Positions 46,108-56,104 of a stretch of DNA of 64,000 nt are shown here, piece by piece. The notes under the pieces were generated by a model. That model was given only the letters and a program-made list of their open reading frames with translations. It had not been told where the DNA came from and searched no databases. The stretch comes from a virus. Its lineage: Duplodnaviria > Heunggongvirae > Uroviricota > Caudoviricetes. The position numbers were made by a program, and so were the translations under genes. The stretch is taken from positions 131,760 through 195,759 of IMG/VR virus record IMGVR_UViG_3300017722_002988; one strand, written 5' to 3'. Each line of letters opens with the position of its first letter. Position 1 is the stretch's first letter.

Positions 46108-47439
46108 ATGTCAATTAGAAAAATACTCACATCGAATATGAGTTACCCGGCTTCCCAATATAAGGGAAAGACCGGTGAACTGTTTTACGACAGTGTTGTC
46201 AAAGAACTGCGGCTCTCCGATGGTGTTACAGTGGGTGGCAATCCGCTCAATGTGGCTGGCGGAACTGTTATTTCTTCCCTGTCAGATTTTCCAGACCCTG
46301 TTTCTGGGGTGATTACACTTCCGAGTGATACAGCGTATTATCTCGACTCCGATATTGATCTTCTAGGTAACCGGCTAGTCACAGATGGGGTTGTGGCTAT
46401 TATAGGCACAAGCTCGGAAACTACGTTTCTAACAAGCACTGGGCTGGCAAACAATACGCCTCTCCTGACATCGCGCTATACGATTCCGATGCGGGATATC
46501 ACGATTAAGGACGTTCATACTGCTATTTACATCGACGATGACGGGGGAGCCAATGCACCGCTTGCCATTGACTGGAGGGCAGTAAACTTTTCTAACGTTA
46601 CGAACGTCGGCGAGGTCGGCACGGCATCTAACTTTATCTACGACACCGGCGCGTTTCTTGGTTCCCAAAATCTTAGATTCACCGGCACTATAGGCACTGT
46701 GGGCGTTAATAACTCGCTGCTGCAGGGTGATGGCTCTAATACGTCTATTATTAGCATTGCTAACACGGCGGTAATTACCAGACGATTTAGAGCGATCTAT
46801 TCGTCCATCATTGCATCAAGTGCCACGAAAGGCATCACAGTCGGGGCCGGGTCTACCATTCCAGTAGAAGGGTTTATCCTCGATACTATAAACTTCTCCG
46901 GCGGTGGCACGTATCTGTCTGGCGTTAACACTGCATCAAGTAGCGCTCTGTTTGTAAACTCTGTTGGTGTGCTTAACTCGACTGCCATAGCTCAGATGTA
47001 CATGAAGGCTAACGCTGTGGCCACGGCGTGCCCTGTACAATCAGCTAGGTATCCTACTGCTGGCACTACCAGTACTATGGAATCATTGAATCAAAAGTTT
47101 ACACACGTTCCTGCACGTAATGCGCTGCAATACACATCCACAATTCCAAGACTGTTTAAGGTGACTGTCACGTTTTCTCTTACTGGCGGCCAAAACCAGA
47201 TCATTGGATTTTATATAGGTAAAAAACCTTCCGCTTCTGCCCAAAACACAGACAATGACAGGCTGCAGGAGTCTGAAGTATATGTTACCGCTACTGGTAC
47301 AAGACCAGACGCCGGGACCGTCCAGACAATTGTGGAGCTAAGTCAAGGCGATGAAATATACACGATAGTTCAGAACACCTCGGGGACGAGTTCCGTAACC
47401 GTGGGATATTTGAACGTTATAGTCGAGCGCACAAACTAA
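46108..47439 (+). CDS. Putative virion fibre/decoration protein (Mtd-N-like start, C1q/TNF-like end)
   Basis: GELFYD...LRLSDGVTVGG; S/T/G/N-rich beta body; VELSQGDEIY. Confidence 0.55.
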   Translation: MSIRKILTSNMSYPASQYKGKTGELFYDSVVKELRLSDGVTVGGNPLNVAGGTVISSLSDFPDPVSGVITLPSDTAYYLDSDIDLLGNRLVTDGVVAIIGTSSETTFLTSTGLANNTPLLTSRYTIPMRDITIKDVHTAIYIDDDGGANAPLAIDWRAVNFSNVTNVGEVGTASNFIYDTGAFLGSQNLRFTGTIGTVGVNNSLLQGDGSNTSIISIANTAVITRRFRAIYSSIIASSATKGITVGAGSTIPVEGFILDTINFSGGGTYLSGVNTASSSALFVNSVGVLNSTAIAQMYMKANAVATACPVQSARYPTAGTTSTMESLNQKFTHVPARNALQYTSTIPRLFKVTVTFSLTGGQNQIIGFYIGKKPSASAQNTDNDRLQESEVYVTATGTRPDAGTVQTIVELSQGDEIYTIVQNTSGTSSVTVGYLNVIVERTN

Positions 47440-47459
47440 CTCCTATCAGATACTTTTCA

Positions 47460-47488
47460 TTGTACATAATATGCCAGTGGTGTATTAT
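47460..47488 (+). promoter_or_regulatory. Early promoter (leaderless)
   Basis: TTGTAC-17-TATTAT-6 nt-ATG (47495). Confidence 0.8.
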
Positions 47489-47494
47489 GGCGTT

Positions 47495-47713
47495 ATGGAA
47501 AAGACACTGAACGAAACCGAAATCCTCGATCTTCTCGCCCAGGCAGATGGCATGCTGGAAAGCAACAGCGATTATGCCTGGGATGATGCAAGCTGGGAAG
47601 AGGCTGCACAAAATGTGGTGGATCAGCTGACAGACATTGATGAGGAGCCCATGCTCGGCTGGCGCTGGTCAGACTGGGGTGGGATTGAATTCTTTTATGG
47701 AGAAGCTATATGA
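47495..47713 (+). CDS. Acidic leaderless early protein
   Basis: MEKTLNETE... Confidence 0.6.
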   Translation: MEKTLNETEILDLLAQADGMLESNSDYAWDDASWEEAAQNVVDQLTDIDEEPMLGWRWSDWGGIEFFYGEAI

Positions 47714-48180
47714 CCAAACTTTGTGATCTGCCTGAGGGCACCAAGCTTCTCTGCATCAAGGACTTCGTCCACCCAGCAGCCGATTGGGAAGGATCTCATT
47801 GGGCTGGAAAGAGCCGACTGACCAAGGGCAAGATCTATACCAAAGCCAATGCCGGTGGTTCGGCTTCAGTTGGCATTACGCAATGCGATGAAGGGCACGT
47901 TTGCTATTGGGGTTCCGGCAAGGAACACTTCGTGGAGTACGACGTGGAACCCAAGCAGAAGGTTCTCGTGGCCCAACTCTGGAACGAGTCGGATGACTCC
48001 TGCCAGTATATTGGCGTCTTCGCCACCCCCGAGTCTCTGGACAACTATATGAAGACTAGCTGGGGCAATGCTGTCGCGGAGCCCAATGCTGACGGCTTCG
48101 TCGAGAGCTATGAGCTCCGTGGGCCTTCCGGCGAGTACCTCGGTTTCGACATGCTCATCACGGAGACTGAGGTCCTGTGA
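47710..48180 (+). CDS. Hypothetical protein; N-terminus shared with 48755
   Basis: LPEGTKLLCIK. Confidence 0.55.
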   Translation: MTKLCDLPEGTKLLCIKDFVHPAADWEGSHWAGKSRLTKGKIYTKANAGGSASVGITQCDEGHVCYWGSGKEHFVEYDVEPKQKVLVAQLWNESDDSCQYIGVFATPESLDNYMKTSWGNAVAEPNADGFVESYELRGPSGEYLGFDMLITETEVL

Positions 48181-48477
48181 TTCGATCGACCCACGTCTAT
48201 GACGCTCTTGTGGGCGTTCTGAAGCGTAAGCGCTCTTGGTGGCATCCTGCTGATATTGAGGATGACAAGGCGCTGCGCCGTATCCTGATCAATCCCGATC
48301 TGATCGAGCAGCTGACTGAGGAACTGAACAAATGCTGAAGCTCAAGATCTTCAAGAGTCGTAAGAAGTCTCTTCGCGTGGGCGATCTCATGCCCGAGGAT
48401 CTGAAGACGGCATCTAACATGGGCGCCATGATCAGTTGGAATCCTGAGACAGGTCGCATCACAGAGATTTTCATCCC

Positions 48478-48789
48478 ATGATGGTATCCCCTTCCCTAGA
48501 AGTCACTCTGCAGGACGTCCGTGACGCCAACCACCACTATGAAGCGGGGGCTGGCCTCGAAGTCTGTAAGAGGGCCGTGGCTCCTGCCAACGAACTATTT
48601 GGTGGGGACTCTCTTAAGGGTCTTCTGTATATCCTGGCTGACGGGTACGCACTCTCTGTGGGAAGCAAGCTTCCTCCTGAGGAACGCCGTGCTGCTCGAC
48701 TTCGGTGGAACCGCGATCGTGCGGAATCCCAATCTGTTTGGGTAAGAGAGAAATATGATGGAAAAGACGAAACTTCCTGTAGGGACTAA
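48478..48789 (+). CDS. Hypothetical protein
   Basis: 103 aa ORF. Confidence 0.5.
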   Translation: MMVSPSLEVTLQDVRDANHHYEAGAGLEVCKRAVAPANELFGGDSLKGLLYILADGYALSVGSKLPPEERRAARLRWNRDRAESQSVWVREKYDGKDETSCRD

Positions 48790-48985
48790 GCTTCTCTGCA
48801 TTCGTGCATCTGAGCATGGCATTCCTATTAAGGAGGGTCATGAGTACACGGTAAAGCGCTGGGTTCGCGATGGTCATGTCGTCTTTGGTGATGGTATGGG
48901 ACCGAACAAGGGCGAACCCGGCGTGGAACTCAATGAGGTCCCTGGGGCCTTCCTTCTGAATCGATTTGAAATATTGGAGAACTAA
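48755..48985 (+). CDS. Hypothetical protein; N-terminus shared with 47710
   Basis: LPVGTKLLCIR. Confidence 0.55.
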   Translation: MMEKTKLPVGTKLLCIRASEHGIPIKEGHEYTVKRWVRDGHVVFGDGMGPNKGEPGVELNEVPGAFLLNRFEILEN

Positions 48986-48986
48986 C

Positions 48987-49340
48987 ATGATGAAAACTGC
49001 AATGCTGCTGACCGCTGCGATCCTGGCCCTTTCTACTGCTGGCTGTGCACAGCTCGATCAGGATACCGAGACGTTCACGGTGGAGAGTAAGGACCGCGAG
49101 TGCACCGGTGGAGAAACCGTAACATGTCGTTACGTGGTTCTGGCCACAGACGGTCGTGCCTACACCAACGAGGATGACATCTTCAGCGGCAAGTTCAACA
49201 GCCGGACCTTCCAGGCTCGCCTGCAGGTTGGCCAGACTTACACGGTCCGCACGACCGGCTGGCGTATTCCGTTCCTGTCGATGTCTCCGAACATCGTCGA
49301 GATCATCAGCCCGACTCCTCTTCAAGGAAAGGCCATCTGA
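48987..49340 (+). CDS. Putative lipoprotein
   Basis: Lipobox TAGC; GKFNS...L.VGQTY.V...GWRIPFLSM.PNI motif. Confidence 0.65.
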   Translation: MMKTAMLLTAAILALSTAGCAQLDQDTETFTVESKDRECTGGETVTCRYVVLATDGRAYTNEDDIFSGKFNSRTFQARLQVGQTYTVRTTGWRIPFLSMSPNIVEIISPTPLQGKAI

Positions 49341-49747
49341 TGGCAAAACAAGATCAAACGATCGTCCTGACTTGTCCGGCTGGCTCTAAGGAGTGGTCGG
49401 CAGTTTGCCCGGAGTATCCGGAGCACGTTGCGGTGGGTTGTACTGCTGCCTCGGCCATCCGTGAATATAATCTGCTGCTCTGGCGGATGCACTACGACAA
49501 GCAGCGCCGGCTGGATAAGTGTCATCTGCTGATGCGGACTGAGCTTCGGCGGTTCGCAGGTGTTCCTGAGTGGGCTATAAATTTTCCCTCTTGGCTTCTT
49601 TGGAAGAAAAAGGAACGCAGCGTTCAGCGTGCCCGCATGGATGAGATCGTCAATCGCCTCTGTGCAGCTAAGAACATGCAAGACCTCTCCTATGAGGAGC
49701 TGACCAAACTTATCATTGCTGAGTTCAACGGCCTGGTTAGGGACTAA
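49340..49747 (+). CDS. Hypothetical protein
   Basis: Coupled ORF. Confidence 0.5.
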   Translation: MAKQDQTIVLTCPAGSKEWSAVCPEYPEHVAVGCTAASAIREYNLLLWRMHYDKQRRLDKCHLLMRTELRRFAGVPEWAINFPSWLLWKKKERSVQRARMDEIVNRLCAAKNMQDLSYEELTKLIIAEFNGLVRD

Positions 49748-49752
49748 ATACA

Positions 49753-50082
49753 ATGGCAATCTGGACTAAAAGAACTTCCAAGAAGACTGGGAGATATACG
49801 CGATCTACCACAACCACTCGTGGTGACGGGTCCCAGGTCCGATCTACGAGCAGTAGGGTTGGAAACCTGCCACGGGTGACGCTTTCAATGGGCCAGGAAG
49901 GCGGCGGACTCAGAACCACCACCACCGAATATAGCAGCCTCGGCCGCCGAACAACTTCCAAGACTATCGGCCGAACTGGCAAAACGAGACAGCGAAAAGG
50001 GAAGCCAGCGTCGCTCAAAGTGTTGATGTGGATGTTGTTGGCACTTGCGGGTTTCTACGCTTTCGGGTACTTTTTCGCATAG
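49753..50082 (+). CDS. Basic T/R-rich protein with C-terminal TM anchor
   Basis: Low-complexity R/T/K region then a hydrophobic tail. Confidence 0.5.
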   Translation: MAIWTKRTSKKTGRYTRSTTTTRGDGSQVRSTSSRVGNLPRVTLSMGQEGGGLRTTTTEYSSLGRRTTSKTIGRTGKTRQRKGKPASLKVLMWMLLALAGFYAFGYFFA

Positions 50083-50094
50083 CGACACTTTTCA

Positions 50095-50123
50095 TTGTAC
50101 ATATTATTCTGATGTCGTATATT
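50095..50123 (+). promoter_or_regulatory. Early promoter
   Basis: TTGTAC-17-TATATT. Confidence 0.75.
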
Positions 50124-50147
50124 GGGATAGTAACAAGGAGAGACGTC

Positions 50148-50528
50148 GTGGCTTATATGTCGCAAGAGAATAAGAAGGCCCTCGCCCCCGCCATCAAGGC
50201 CATTCTGAAGAAGCATGGTCTGAAGGGCTCGCTCGGCGTGCGCAACCACTCCACCCTCGTTCTCAAGATCACGTCCGGTACGATCGATTTCGCCGCTGCC
50301 TATCAGGGTGAGCGGTCGACCTCGAATGAGGGCTTCGCTGCTCGGGTCAACCACTACTACATCACCACCGGCTGGACCGGCCAGGCCTGCGAGGCGCTGA
50401 CCGAGCTGGCTCAGGCCATGATGGTCGGCAACCACGATCGGTCTGATTCCATGACCGACTACTTCGATGTGGGTTGGTACGTCGACCTGTCCATCGGTGA
50501 ATGGAACAAGCCCTATGTCCTTAACTAA
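50148..50528 (+). CDS. Conserved T4-like early protein
   Basis: AYMSQE.K...AP.IK.IL.K.G.KGSL.VRNHSTL...D.MTDYF..GWY. Confidence 0.7.
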   Translation: MAYMSQENKKALAPAIKAILKKHGLKGSLGVRNHSTLVLKITSGTIDFAAAYQGERSTSNEGFAARVNHYYITTGWTGQACEALTELAQAMMVGNHDRSDSMTDYFDVGWYVDLSIGEWNKPYVLN

Positions 50529-50772
50529 AGAAGGCCTGAAGGCCACGTTGAGCCGGTTGCATGCATATCCGGTCGGCGCAACTCAAATCCATGGTCATCG
50601 AATCATGGTCGCTGCGCCAGATCTTTCAGATGTCTTTCTGGACCACCTGAAAGAACGTGAGGACCTAGCCCGGCAAGAACTCAAGAACATCGAATATATT
50701 CGGGCCAATTTCCTGGCTGGACACCGAGCTATGGTTTCGGCCAGACTCAAACTGAAACACGGAAGGTAGATC

Positions 50773-51144
50773 ATGCAAACTCTGACTCTCGACGACGTCC
50801 TCAAAGCAGGACGTGCAGCCTATGAAGCCAAGACACTTACGGCGCAATCCACGAATCCGGCTTGCGTTTATCGAGACCGCGTAACTGGCTGCAAATGTGT
50901 TGTTGGGTCGGCCATGACCGACGAGACGCTGGATGCGATTCAGGGTCTGCATGCAATGAGTTCGCGAGTTACGGCCCTGGCCAGACAAGAGAAAGTCATT
51001 GCGTTTGCTGACGACGATCAAGCATCCACGATCGTCGGGCTTCAAGAGGCTCATGACCAATGGTGCCGGGCCCGGAACGTTTCCAGTTCTAACTCCCAAG
51101 TCGAGGACGCCGAGGCCGACTTCGTTCGCCTTCTTTATCGGTAA
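50773..51144 (+). CDS. Hypothetical protein
   Basis: C.Y...KC.VG...LQ.AHD.W motif. Confidence 0.55.
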   Translation: MQTLTLDDVLKAGRAAYEAKTLTAQSTNPACVYRDRVTGCKCVVGSAMTDETLDAIQGLHAMSSRVTALARQEKVIAFADDDQASTIVGLQEAHDQWCRARNVSSSNSQVEDAEADFVRLLYR

Positions 51145-51157
51145 GCGACACTTTTCG

Positions 51158-51186
51158 TTGTACTTAATAACCCCACATCGTATTAT
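51158..51186 (+). promoter_or_regulatory. Early promoter (leaderless)
   Basis: TTGTAC-17-TATTAT-GGGATT-ATG (51193). Confidence 0.85.
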
Positions 51187-51192
51187 GGGATT

Positions 51193-51600
51193 ATGAGAGA
51201 GAACACTGAAATGTCCGTTGACGAACTGATGGCCTCCATCGGGATTGTCCAAGTTGCCGGTGCTGCAAAGCCCGAACATGAAGACATCGCTCTTCGCCTC
51301 ATCATGGAAATCCTCCATAAGCATAACCGCCACAAGATGGAGGTTAATGAGACTCGTGAAGAGCCTTACAAGCTCGACGAGGTCAAGATTTTCGAGATGT
51401 GCCATCACAAAGGCATGTCCACCACCTTCGTGACCATCGAGACTGGTCTGATTGATGATGAAGGCTCGGCGGCTTCTATCTACTGCCGTGACCATCGCCA
51501 CATCGCGATCGCCAAGAACGGCGGTCTGACTCTGCTGAATGCCAAGCGCAAGCGTGAGAGCCTTGGCCGGTTCCACGCCGTTTATTCCCTGACAAAGTGA
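51193..51600 (+). CDS. Leaderless early hypothetical protein
   Basis: Starts at the predicted +1. Confidence 0.6.
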   Translation: MRENTEMSVDELMASIGIVQVAGAAKPEHEDIALRLIMEILHKHNRHKMEVNETREEPYKLDEVKIFEMCHHKGMSTTFVTIETGLIDDEGSAASIYCRDHRHIAIAKNGGLTLLNAKRKRESLGRFHAVYSLTK

Positions 51601-51872
51601 GAGAGAACATGACCGCCAAAAACCTTGCCGCGTGTGAAAAGATCGCAGCCCAGCTGATGCTTCCTGTGGAAGCCGTTCAAGCTATCGCCGTCGGCCTTCT
51701 GAGTGACGGCATTAAGATCACCGCCAAGAACGTCCTGCGGGAGGCGATTTAACATGAAAGACGGATTTGAACGTACCATGGAAGCTGCCTGGAAACGGTA
51801 TCTTGCGGGTGAACCATTCGCAGCCACGGAAGAGCGCATGGGCGCCTATCGTGATGAACGTAGGAAAGCAAA

Positions 51873-52148
51873 ATGACAATCACTCCAGTCGGCCATATCT
51901 CTGGCACCCATCGGACCGGTGGCCTCGAAGGCATCACCGCCAAACAAATCTCAGAGATCCTTGGATTCAAGCCGAATGTTCAAGATGACCCCGACAAGGT
52001 GGTCAATTCTTGGGCCGGTGAGTCCGACGGTGAGCTGTTTGCTATCTGGGACTACAAGGGAAGTCAGAAATACAATCGATTCTCAGTCTGGGGCGATACG
52101 GCAACTTTAGATCGTATCTTTGGCTCAGTTTTCATCTCGGAGCGATAA
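51873..52148 (+). CDS. Hypothetical protein
   Basis: AGGA RBS; FAIWDYK motif. Confidence 0.55.
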   Translation: MTITPVGHISGTHRTGGLEGITAKQISEILGFKPNVQDDPDKVVNSWAGESDGELFAIWDYKGSQKYNRFSVWGDTATLDRIFGSVFISER

Positions 52149-52149
52149 C

Positions 52150-52545
52150 ATGCAAGCTGTAACTGACTTTGAAGCCACCCGTGGGCTTATTGAATATGCC
52201 GTGAGCATATTCCGCATGCGGTTTGACGAAAAGAAGAACACTGAAGCTGCCAACCGAAAAAGCTGGATCGCTGAGAGGGTCAAAAAAGACTGGCTCAACC
52301 GCTCCGAGGCGTATTGGACTCGCTATGCAAATGGCGAGATCGGCGACGGTTTCTTGCGTTATGAAATGTTCTACAAGTTTCGGCCGGAGAACTATAACTG
52401 GTACAGCGAGAAGCTGGAATACGCAGAAAATCTTCTGAAGAGGTTCGACTGCGCCGCCGGTGAATGCCAAGCCAAAGAGGTTGTTCTCTCTGACGAGGAT
52501 TTGTCCCTTCTTTCGATTTCGCTGAAATCTGCTTTGGAGAACTAA
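52150..52545 (+). CDS. Hypothetical protein
   Basis: Coupled ORF. Confidence 0.5.
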   Translation: MQAVTDFEATRGLIEYAVSIFRMRFDEKKNTEAANRKSWIAERVKKDWLNRSEAYWTRYANGEIGDGFLRYEMFYKFRPENYNWYSEKLEYAENLLKRFDCAAGECQAKEVVLSDEDLSLLSISLKSALEN

Positions 52546-52549
52546 GAAC

Positions 52550-52819
52550 ATGAACTACCTCAGCCTCATCAAGGCCCGCGGGTCTGCCAAAAAGATCCTC
52601 ACCGAAGTCATGGCCAAGGAAATTATCCTTTCTCAGGGTCTGGACTACTCGTACGAGATCGAGTCGGCCACGGCCATCGAGAACGGAAGCACTCTGGTCG
52701 TCTACAAGACGGTCAATGCTCGTTCTCAGATGGCCAGCTCGAAGCCCATCAAACCCCTGACGCGGGTTATCTGTTTCCGTCAGGACCAATCCACCAACTT
52801 CAACATGATCGCTGGATAA
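52550..52819 (+). CDS. Hypothetical protein
   Basis: RBS plus ORF. Confidence 0.5.
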   Translation: MNYLSLIKARGSAKKILTEVMAKEIILSQGLDYSYEIESATAIENGSTLVVYKTVNARSQMASSKPIKPLTRVICFRQDQSTNFNMIAG

Positions 52820-52820
52820 A

Positions 52821-53219
52821 ATGAGCAACGGTGACACGCAAGTAAACGTGGCCTCTGAAGGTGCGTTCCACCTGCAACTAGCTATCGACCTAGCTATGAA
52901 ATACCATATCCAATACGTTACCCAAAAAGAGCCGACCGTCAAACAATGGGCTCTTATTGACAACGTCGTGTATTGTGGGTGGCATGAATCCATGGGTGGG
53001 CAACCTATGATCGTTCCCCACACGGCTGAGATGATGGTTCCGGTTATCCTGGCTCTGCTGGATTCTTTGCAATATCCAGAAGAACCAGACAGCGACGGTT
53101 CGACCAGCAAAGGCTGGCGTTTGAAGAGCGGGATGAGACAAACCCCAGAAGCCGCTGGGATCGCCGACTTCTATGTGCAGTTTACGATCGAACCTGAATG
53201 GATGGAGTACGGCAAGTGA
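52821..53219 (+). CDS. Hypothetical protein
   Basis: EPD.DGS..KGW...EW...GK motif. Confidence 0.55.
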   Translation: MSNGDTQVNVASEGAFHLQLAIDLAMKYHIQYVTQKEPTVKQWALIDNVVYCGWHESMGGQPMIVPHTAEMMVPVILALLDSLQYPEEPDSDGSTSKGWRLKSGMRQTPEAAGIADFYVQFTIEPEWMEYGK

Positions 53220-53431
53220 TCAAATACCGTGTCGATGAGCGAGACTTTGGTTGTTTCGCTCCTTTTTTTAAGACCGGCCTCGTTCGGAGGTATCTCGGCG
53301 AGGCCGGTGACGTCCTTCCTTTGGGTACGGTCTGGTCTGGACCATTGGAAGCTGCGGCACAATCGGTTCGCAATCATATGGCGGCCGAAGCTGACAAATG
53401 GCTTGAAAAGGAAGAGGCCGATGTTTCTTGA
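53216..53431 (+). CDS. Hypothetical protein
   Basis: GTGA-coupled ORF. Confidence 0.45.
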   Translation: MIKYRVDERDFGCFAPFFKTGLVRRYLGEAGDVLPLGTVWSGPLEAAAQSVRNHMAAEADKWLEKEEADVS

Positions 53432-53642
53432 TCTATGGAAGCGCTGCTTCCCTACAAAAGTAGTTGCGCCAAAGCGTCCTACTGACCTTTCTTCAGACAT
53501 TGCAGCTCTAGAAGCTATGCAACGCGCCTATGTGGACAGGCTTTGTGATGCTGAATCTCGGACCAGGCTAGAAGAACGTAAGGCTGGGTTGATCCAGAAG
53601 CTCAAATACGATGAATCTGCAGACAGTCTTTTAGGTCTGTGA
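53421..53642 (+). CDS. Hypothetical protein
   Basis: GAGG RBS plus ATG. Confidence 0.45.
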   Translation: MFLDLWKRCFPTKVVAPKRPTDLSSDIAALEAMQRAYVDRLCDAESRTRLEERKAGLIQKLKYDESADSLLGL

Positions 53643-53726
53643 GGTCACCAGCATCTTATTCTAAAAGCTAAGAACTACAGCATTGAATAACAACATCTTT
53701 TAACACTCGATTTAGAGAGAAATCAC

Positions 53727-53936
53727 ATGGATATCACCGCTTACCCTGCAACTGCACAGAAGTCTGCTCAGGAGCTTCACGAAGTTATCGTTGCACATAA
53801 CGAAGCTATGAAAACGGCCATGCTGAAGCTGATTGGCACTCGGCCTGATTTGAGTGATCTACCCGATGAGGCTCTGGATGCTGCCATTCTGATCTGTAAG
53901 GCCATGGCCACGCTGATGGAAGCTGTTTCAGAATAA
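53727..53936 (+). CDS. Hypothetical protein
   Basis: 69 aa ORF. Confidence 0.5.
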   Translation: MDITAYPATAQKSAQELHEVIVAHNEAMKTAMLKLIGTRPDLSDLPDEALDAAILICKAMATLMEAVSE

Positions 53937-53958
53937 AACGCCCACGGCTCAATTTTTG

Positions 53959-53987
53959 TTGTACAAGAATATCAAATGTCTTATTAT
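53959..53987 (+). promoter_or_regulatory. Early promoter
   Basis: TTGTAC-17-TATTAT. Confidence 0.75.
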
Positions 53988-54012
53988 CTAATAGTAAGAT
54001 AGGAGACGACGT

Positions 54013-54213
54013 ATGATGCGAGATCCAGTTAAAAAGGTCATGGATAACGTCGTTGAAATTGACGGCATGAAATATGTCCCAGCTCCGCTTGCTGCGGCAC
54101 TCGCTATGGAGATCAAGGATCTTCAGGCAGCCGCTGTTGAACGGGGATGGGCTCTTGAGCAATATCGCCAACTGCAAAGCGACAACTACGTCGCAGATGG
54201 ACAATGGACATGA
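54013..54213 (+). CDS. Hypothetical early protein
   Basis: AGGAG RBS. Confidence 0.55.
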   Translation: MMRDPVKKVMDNVVEIDGMKYVPAPLAAALAMEIKDLQAAAVERGWALEQYRQLQSDNYVADGQWT

Positions 54214-54812
54214 TCGAACGCGACCAACTAATGCCAGGCACCCGGTTCAAGACCGTGAAGAGTGCGCTCGGGGCAGAAGAAACCCTTGACACTATCTTTG
54301 TTGTCGTAGATAACCGCGAGCCGCTTGGTGATCGCTGGATTCCAGCGGTTCGGGAAAAGGACTTCAGGACCACTGTTGACATTTCGACCCACCTCTTCCT
54401 TATGAAGGAGGTGGCAGAAATCGTTCCCTTCGTGGTTGATGAAGAGATGGCAAGGTTTCTCGACGGGGTTGTCGGCGTTGTCGAGTGTGACAACTACGGG
54501 AAACACATGATCTGGGTAGAAAACCATTACAAGGCAGTTGAACTCGGCCATCGTAAACTTGATTGGGTGGATGGCCGCCTTGGCATGATGGAAAAGGTCG
54601 GCGAACTTGCCGACATGCCGGTTTGCATTAGCCTGTTCAAGGCTACCATTGATGGCCAACTCATTCTGTTCGTTGACCCATGTTCTATGGTTGTCGACCA
54701 CCGGATGATCGATGCTTGGTATAAGCGGGTGCTGCCTAAGTCGGCTTTCCGTGCAGACGGTTATGTCAACAAGACCGACGCTATGAATTTCAACAACGTT
54801 CTTAGAGGATAA
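54210..54812 (+). CDS. Hypothetical protein
   Basis: 200 aa; GEL..MPVC.S....I.G..ILF.DP.S..VDH.MI..W motif. Confidence 0.55.
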   Translation: MIERDQLMPGTRFKTVKSALGAEETLDTIFVVVDNREPLGDRWIPAVREKDFRTTVDISTHLFLMKEVAEIVPFVVDEEMARFLDGVVGVVECDNYGKHMIWVENHYKAVELGHRKLDWVDGRLGMMEKVGELADMPVCISLFKATIDGQLILFVDPCSMVVDHRMIDAWYKRVLPKSAFRADGYVNKTDAMNFNNVLRG

Positions 54813-54814
54813 CT

Positions 54815-55015
54815 ATGTTCGGAATTAGCTTGGCACTGACGGGGTTAATTGTGTTTGTATTCTCGATGCTTGGAGTTGGATTAGCTCCAAGGGAGTTTGG
54901 TGGGCGTGATAAGCATTGGTCAACCTATACGATCCAGTGGCTTCTTATGATCGGCGTGATTTTAGGCCTGGCCTTCCTTATTACCGGCCTCATCATCTCG
55001 GCATGGTCGATTTAA
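54815..55015 (+). CDS. Small two-TM membrane protein
   Basis: Two hydrophobic segments. Confidence 0.55.
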   Translation: MFGISLALTGLIVFVFSMLGVGLAPREFGGRDKHWSTYTIQWLLMIGVILGLAFLITGLIISAWSI

Positions 55016-55018
55016 CCA

Positions 55019-55216
55019 ATGAAAAAGCCCAAAGAAGATCCAAACACCTACGCACCGGTCGAGAACTCATATCTTGACTACTGGATTGCCAATGAGCCAA
55101 GTGGTTCCGGCCTGAGTGTTGCTCTTCAGCGCAGTCTTCGCAATATGTCAATCGAACTGAAGCGGCATCGTGAAGAAGCCGCACTTCGCAGCTGGGGAGA
55201 GCACGACGGTGCCTGA
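55019..55216 (+). CDS. Hypothetical protein
   Basis: 65 aa ORF. Confidence 0.45.
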   Translation: MKKPKEDPNTYAPVENSYLDYWIANEPSGSGLSVALQRSLRNMSIELKRHREEAALRSWGEHDGA

Positions 55217-55574
55217 GATTTACAAGATCAGAAATGCCGAAGGTCTGTTCTCGACAGGCGGATCCTATCCCCGTTTTAACGAGCGCGGAAAGTCATGGTC
55301 GCATCGTGGTCACCTATCTAACCACCTCGCCCAGTTGGGTAAGCATGGACAGTCGGATTACATTCGGCAAGGCTGCAAAGTCGTGACCTACGAACTCGTC
55401 CAAACTGAATCAGATATGGTCAACATCACAGATTACATTGATGGTGTGACCGAGCGGCGCAAACGACGGGAAGCTGATCAAGAGCGCCAAGCGGCTGAGT
55501 TCCGGCGAGATAAGGCACTTTATGATCTGCAGCGCATCCAAAAAGAATTTCCGGACCTGGTCACGATCCCTTGA
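55209..55574 (+). CDS. Hypothetical protein
   Basis: YKIR...GLFS.GG..P.F...GK.W...GHL.NHL motif. Confidence 0.55.
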   Translation: MPEIYKIRNAEGLFSTGGSYPRFNERGKSWSHRGHLSNHLAQLGKHGQSDYIRQGCKVVTYELVQTESDMVNITDYIDGVTERRKRREADQERQAAEFRRDKALYDLQRIQKEFPDLVTIP

Positions 55575-56104
55575 ACATATTCACTACGTCTCCCTCTAAC
55601 ATTGTAGCTGCTCGGGATCTTGATGACGTGCGTCTTCGCAAGATGATCTTGGAGACGGCTCAGCTTGTGGCCACCGCCTTGCGTGAGCGGTTCAATCTTG
55701 ATACCCAGTACAAGTCCACCCACAAGAATCATCCATGCAACGTATGGGCGCGTGAGTCAGCCGGCAATCTGCAGTGGCTGATCGACTATGGGGTACTGCT
55801 GCACGATGAATCCATTGCTAGGTTTGGCAAGACTCATAAATCTGGTGGAGTCCTTGAAGATCAAGCATCTCTTTTTGCTGCGTTCTGTTCCGTTCATGAG
55901 AACACTGAAGAGGACATGACGCCGTTTGCCAACTGTGCTCGTCGCACAGATTTGGACCTTGACTTTACCCATCTTACTGTCCATGATGCTTATAGGGCGT
56001 ATCTTAACGCTCGCTGGGCACTTGACAAGAAACGGCCCAAATGGACCAACACTAACCCGCCGGCGTGGGCTAACTACGTATGGCATGGAGAACACGCATG
56101 CTGA
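55571..56104 (+). CDS. Pyrimidine-dimer DNA glycosylase-like protein (DenV-annotated family)
   Basis: MNIF...KMILETAQL...YKSTHKNHPC.VWARES..N..WL...YR.Y...W. Confidence 0.65.
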   Translation: MNIFTTSPSNIVAARDLDDVRLRKMILETAQLVATALRERFNLDTQYKSTHKNHPCNVWARESAGNLQWLIDYGVLLHDESIARFGKTHKSGGVLEDQASLFAAFCSVHENTEEDMTPFANCARRTDLDLDFTHLTVHDAYRAYLNARWALDKKRPKWTNTNPPAWANYVWHGEHAC

